The position numbers were made by a program, and so were the translations under genes. A DNA stretch of 64,000 nucleotides from contig CP075492.1 in assembly GCA_021613535.1 (NCBI GenBank), positions 6,510,001 through 6,574,000 on the forward strand. The letters run 5' to 3'. Under the pieces are notes generated by a model. It did no database searches. It worked only from the letters and a program-made list of their open reading frames with translations, and had not been told where the DNA came from. Positions 58,913 to 64,000 of the stretch are shown one piece after another (position 1 is the stretch's first letter; each line of letters starts with the position of its first letter). This DNA comes from Adineta vaga (taxonomy: Eukaryota > Animalia > Rotifera).

Positions 58913-59560
58913 TTAACAACAATTCAATGCTTCTCCAAATGATTTGATCTTCATGCGTACATTATCAACTGATCTCAAATATATGAATCGAAAAAATACA
59001 AGAAATAGACTTCGTATTCGATAATAGCAAATGTTTTTGATATCAAATCTCTTATTGCTGAAATGAAGAATGGTGGTGCATTGAAAATAATATATAAACA
59101 AGCAATAGAAAGTAACTGTACGACCATTCGATGTTGTCTTCTCCAAGAGAATAATAAACCTTGAATACATCGTTTATGTCGAATAACTTGAATTAATAAT
59201 CCTAAACTGGATAGAACAATAACTACCCATGGTATTAAACTGTTCATGACATGATCAAAACCATTAAGTAAAAATGAAGATTGTTTAAAACATGGCGAAC
59301 CAGAAACTAACCGTTGATAATTGAAAAGTTGTTTACAAGAATATGCCGTTCAATGAATCCCTATGTCATAAGAAGCATTCTATCTGCGTATAGAATATAT
59401 AATTAATATATATCCAAAAATAACAAAAGATTGCTGTTTGAGGATTTACAGTTCCTTGATATAGAAACTTCAAAGCAATTGAAAGATCGATTGTAACAAT
59501 GACTAAACAATCGATGGAATTTGACAAAATAATAGAATGCAAAACTTAATTGTATGTGTT
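58913..59560 (-). pseudogene. Decayed class A (rhodopsin-like) GPCR
   Basis: Fragments: TIDLSIALKFLYQGTVNPQTAIFCYFWIYINY (TM2-TM3), LLMT*GFIERHIL (TM3 end with a stop), then CKQLFNYQRLVSGSPCF...IPWVVIVLSSLGLLIQVI...WRRQHRMVVQLLSIACLYIIFNAP (TM5-TM6). TM4 is missing, and stops and frameshifts are present. Confidence 0.7.
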
Positions 59561-60019
59561 ATTGATGTTTCGTACACTATTGTCGAAGAGTTATTGAACA
59601 TAGACATATGTCTTGTTTTACTTAATGTTTTTGACAGAATTTTCTAGTGAGACAAAGCTTATAACATTACATTTTAATTACAAAATATGCATGAATAAGT
59701 AGATAGATTCATTTTCCAAGGAGTTCTTTCACAAATCAAGTAGCACTTTTAAACAAAATAAGTAATTCTTATATATATTTTATAGTTGAATGCTATAATA
59801 ATTACAGCCATTTATCAATTAGATGATTATCAATTGCTACGTTACATTTGAACTAACTTCATACAAACAACACACGACATCTTTATGATGCATTTCTTAT
59901 TCCTCATCAGTCTAGTGTCTAACCTGTAGAGATGTCACTTTCCATTGCATCGCAATGGCGATGGTGAAAGAGTAATTTCATTCTTTCATATCATTCATTT
60001 GTACATTTAACGAAAAACG

Positions 60020-62651
60020 ATGTTTTCCACTAAAAAAGATTTCGCTCTCATAGCTCAAAATATCTCTCTCACTTCTCAAGAGATCAATAATGAAAATTCT
60101 GAACCATTTCTTGTCAATGTTTATCAAGTACGATTATGGAAGTTAATTCATTCACCAGAAAAAGCTGATCTCGATGATCTTGCACAAGAATTTCAAGTTT
60201 GTATTACATAAATAATCATTTTTGTTTTCAAGATAATTATGTATTTTTATAGTGTAATTCACAAGAATTATTACATACTATTGTTGCCTTGTATGATAAA
60301 TCTTTACCAGAAATTGGTGGGTAAGTTCGTCTTCTCTTCTTTCTCTAAAATTGTTTTGAATTGATAACATTTATTTTAACTAGTGAAATAATTTATAATA
60401 CTATATGCGCAAGAAAAGTTGTTACAATTCTTGTTATACACGGTAGGCAAGCTTTTGTTGATATAACAGCTATAGAATCATTTCATTCTTGTTTTTTGTA
60501 GATGATCCGAAAGTAACATTAAAATCTGGAACAGTTGGAGCTCTGGTTACAGATGAAGAAGATTGTTTGGATACATTATTAGAAAATGTTGAAGAACCTG
60601 ATAGTGTTTTCCATGATGTTTTTTCTGATCGATCATCGAGTGAAAGTTCTGAAGAGTTAGTAGTTAATTATATCAAATATGTATTTTGTTTTGATTGTGA
60701 TATTACAGAGATGAAGAAGAATCTGATAGTAATGATGATGGTAATGATGAACGTGATTATTCAATTGGTATTGGAACATATTTAAAAAAAGTTAAAGCAG
60801 GAAAAGTTAATCTACACAAACGTTTGATTAGTTGTCTTAGTTTTGAGAAAATCACCATGTTTGCATCTCAGTAGGTGGAAAAAAGTTCATTTTTCCATTT
60901 CAATTAATTTCCTATTCATAGATTTCAAGAAGAACATGTCTTAGATCTTCTATTATTAGCCTGCCGAAAAAAATTTCGTGGTCGAGGTATTGGTCGACAT
61001 TTGATGAAAGTAAGACAAAAAATGAAAGAAAATATTTCCATATGAGATCACTTTTTTTCTCTAGTTATTAATGAATCGAGATTATATTGGAGATTTTGAT
61101 GCAATAATAACTGCATCAGATCAAAGTGCAATTGATTTCTATCGAAAATTTGGTTTTACGGAAGATGCGATTTTATTAAGTAAATATAAGTAAGAAGAAT
61201 TTACAGTTTAGAATTGTTTATAACTCGAAGTTGTTCACAGAACTATTGGTGATTGTTGGACAAATACAACGAAAATGTGTTATCTACCGCCTTATAATAG
61301 TAAAAAGATTAGTGTGATCTTAAAAATAGCAATGACATTATTTCTTAATTTGTTTAGTTATTAATGAAGATCCTGTTCGATGTTTAACGATGATGGATGA
61401 TCAATTTCAAAAATGGTATTTTCTTTGAATTTCAATAGTTTTCTTACTATTTATGTCAATTTTAGGCAAAGAGGAATGTTTAATAGTTATCAAAATCAAG
61501 CAGCTTTATTCAATCGATTGAAAAATGAAATGATTGGCTTATATGCGAAAGTAATTTACCGAATTTCGAGATTATTTTTCTTTTCATATCGATAGTTTTT
61601 CTAATCAAGATCAATGCTCAAGAACAAACAATTGTTTCACTGAATCGAGAACGATTTCTATTGGCGAAAGAGAATGCTTCTTTGAGTAATTTAAAACGAA
61701 AAGATTCATTTTGTTTTCTTTTATCAAGATTCTTTAGAGAAAAGATTATCTCAATCCGCACTATCTGAAAATGATAATAATGAAGGTAAATAAGAAAGTT
61801 AATTTTAAAGATAATCCAAATCTTTCGTTTCTATATTCAGAATGTGAACAACTTGATACATTACAAATGATTCAAGAAATGAAACGAATGTCGATAATCA
61901 ACGAAAAATTATTAGTTGCTCAAATGTCTCTCTTAATGGATAATAATTGTGATACACAAATAGCTGTTGAATACTGTCGAAATAAACTCAAAGATGGAAA
62001 GAAGTATCAGATCAAAGCAGAAAAGGTTTTTTTTTATAAACTGATATTTATTTTTGATTTTCACGTTGAATAAGACAATGATTATAGGTTACTCTTGAAT
62101 CGGCAACAAAGGCGCTATATCAAGCTTCTCTTCCATTACTTCACAATGGTAATCAGAAAAATGAAACATTACTTTTCTATTCTGGTCATCATGAACATCT
62201 TGATATAATAGCTAATGCTGGTTTTACTAATGAAGGTAAATCATTCCTTATAAATCGATTTTAGTTTTCTTCATTCGTTGGTTTAGATTTTCTCTATGGT
62301 TCATTTGGTAAAGGTCTTTACTTTCATACAAATATAACCAATCTATCAAAAGAAGTTAGTTTAATTATATTATTAATCATTTGTTTTATTCTTCTTTTAG
62401 AAATATCTTCTATGTAAAGTAGCATTAGGTCGAATTGAACTTATATCGAAACCAAAAACAAAATCTACCATCACATTAAAACGAAATAGTGATTATGATT
62501 CTGTTAAAGTGAGTTAAATATTTCTTTTCAATTGTAATTCATATTCATTTCTATCTAGATTCTCGAGATGGATATGAATGAAGATGATGATGAAATAGTT
62601 ACATTTGATGCTCATCTTGCTTTACCACTATTTATTATAACATTTGAATGA
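60020..62651 (+). CDS. GCN5-like GNAT acetyltransferase with acidic insert, coiled coil and PARP/ART-like C-terminal domain (~18 short exons; 5' end unresolved)
   Basis: Spliced: LYDKSLPEIGGEIIYNTI...VLDLLLLACRKKFRGRGIGRHLM...IITASDQSAIDFYRKFGFTED (GNAT motifs A and B). C-terminal: ETLLFYSG...IIANAGF...GSFGKGLYF...LLCKVALG...YDSV...DEIVTFDAHLALPLFIITFE*. Confidence 0.8.
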
Positions 62652-62713
62652 GAATAAATGATAAAGATAAAAAGAAACAAAATCTTGTATTGATCTTTTT
62701 TTAGTGCAATAAA

Positions 62714-63610
62714 TTAATTCATTTGACTTTTTCTCATTAAATAAAGTCGAATTGGACTTGATACAGTCATTTTAATTGAATTCATATCAAAATTTTCATC
62801 ATTTGTTCGTCGATCCGATGTTTTTATATAACAAACAGCTAATTTATTACGTAATCTTTCTAAAAGATCATGGAGAGCTTGTTCACCTTCTTCTTTTCGG
62901 TATGTTTGTAATCCCGACAATGTTTGAATAAAACCAAGAAATTGTCCGATTGTTGTTTCAATGCGTTTTTCAATTGTATATTCAACAAGTGTCGATTTAT
63001 AAGGCAATAATGGTAATAATGATTGATAATAATCATCCGCTAACCATCGTTTACTATTCCAATATGGAAATAATGTTACTTGATTAAATTCATGATAAAC
63101 AGCATCAGCAGTTGGATTGTCTAATGTTCCTAAAGCGTATGTCCATACAGCAAGAACGCCTGTATTTGGTTTTAATACACGTTGAACTTGTTCGACAAAT
63201 GATTCAATATCAAGCCAATGTAAAGTTGTTGCAATAGTTATCAAATCAACAGAATCGGATTGAAGAAATGTCAGATCTTCAGCTTTTTGACAACGATATT
63301 CAATATTATCTTTCGATATTGCATGCGCAATTTGATTAGCACTGACATCAATACCAATAACTCGATCACAAAATCTTCGAATGAAAAATAAGAAACTTGA
63401 AAAGAAGTAAAAGAATATTTACGTGCTCAATTCAATTGTTGCTTGTCCATTTCCACAACCGACATCAAGTGCTAATGGAATTTGTTCATTGATTTGTTTT
63501 CCATGAAAATAATAGTTAATAATATATTCGAATAATTGTCTCGGATATCCAGGTCGATGTAGACGATATTTACTTGTATGATCTTGTTCTTCAAATAATT
63601 GATGGCTCAT
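62714..63610 (-). CDS. Class I SAM-dependent methyltransferase (Methyltransf_11, Tmt1/Crg1-like); 2 exons
   Basis: YRLHRPGYP, motif I LDVGCGNGQ, VIGIDVSANQI, SVDLITIATTLHW and RVLKP. One short intron at ~63375-63422. Confidence 0.9.
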
Positions 63611-64000
63611 TGTATTCGTCGTTTGATTTGTAAAACAAAAAAAACTAAAATAAAGCACTATTCGCTTTCACCTCTCGACTTGGAGATTTGTTAGGTTATT
63701 TTTTCTTTTCTTTATTCATTCGTTTTTTCTTCTTCTCTGTCTCTCCATTTCTATCTATATACTCTTATCAGTTGTCAGACAAAATTTGTCGATTAAATCC
63801 TTTTGCTTTCTCTCTAACCAGGCACGAATAAATATATCACATGTGTTTTTATGCTGAATGTCTGTCACGTTGAGATTGTTGATGATAATCTCAAGAGATT
63901 TTAAGGACAAACATCATCAACAGATTGCAATAGTATTGTCAAGAAAATGAATTACTTATTTATTTATTTATTTTTAAATATTTAATTGTATTTGACAATT

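Overview
Eukaryotic, AT-rich, gene-dense DNA with very short GT-AG introns (mostly ~50-65 nt). The intron size, composition and gene families (LDLa/EGF-7TM receptor, divergent class A GPCRs) suggest a bdelloid rotifer (inference). Splicing by hand gave about 17 loci in order: srGAP-like F-BAR gene (5' part), PDE1-like phosphodiesterase, a multi-hairpin MITE-like element, a 16-kb fibrocystin-L (PKHD1L1) gene with two frameshifts and two FN2-like inserts, a hidden 5-exon PPxY membrane-protein gene, kinesin-13 (KIF2), vasculin/GPBP1-like, an MGC-acylated orphan, a single-pass orphan, kinesin-1 heavy chain, a CAP/GAPR-1-like gene, another orphan, an LDLa/EGF-GPCR pseudogene, two tandem single-LIM CRP/MLP genes, a decayed GPCR, a GCN5-like acetyltransferase fused to a PARP-like domain, and a SAM methyltransferase. 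The most notable items are the GCN5-like/acidic-insert/coiled-coil/atypical PARP fusion and the MLP pair, which shows duplicated alternative start exons, a 2-nt intron offset and a CArG box. No rRNA, tRNA or CRISPR array was seen. All family calls come from motif recognition; no database search was run.
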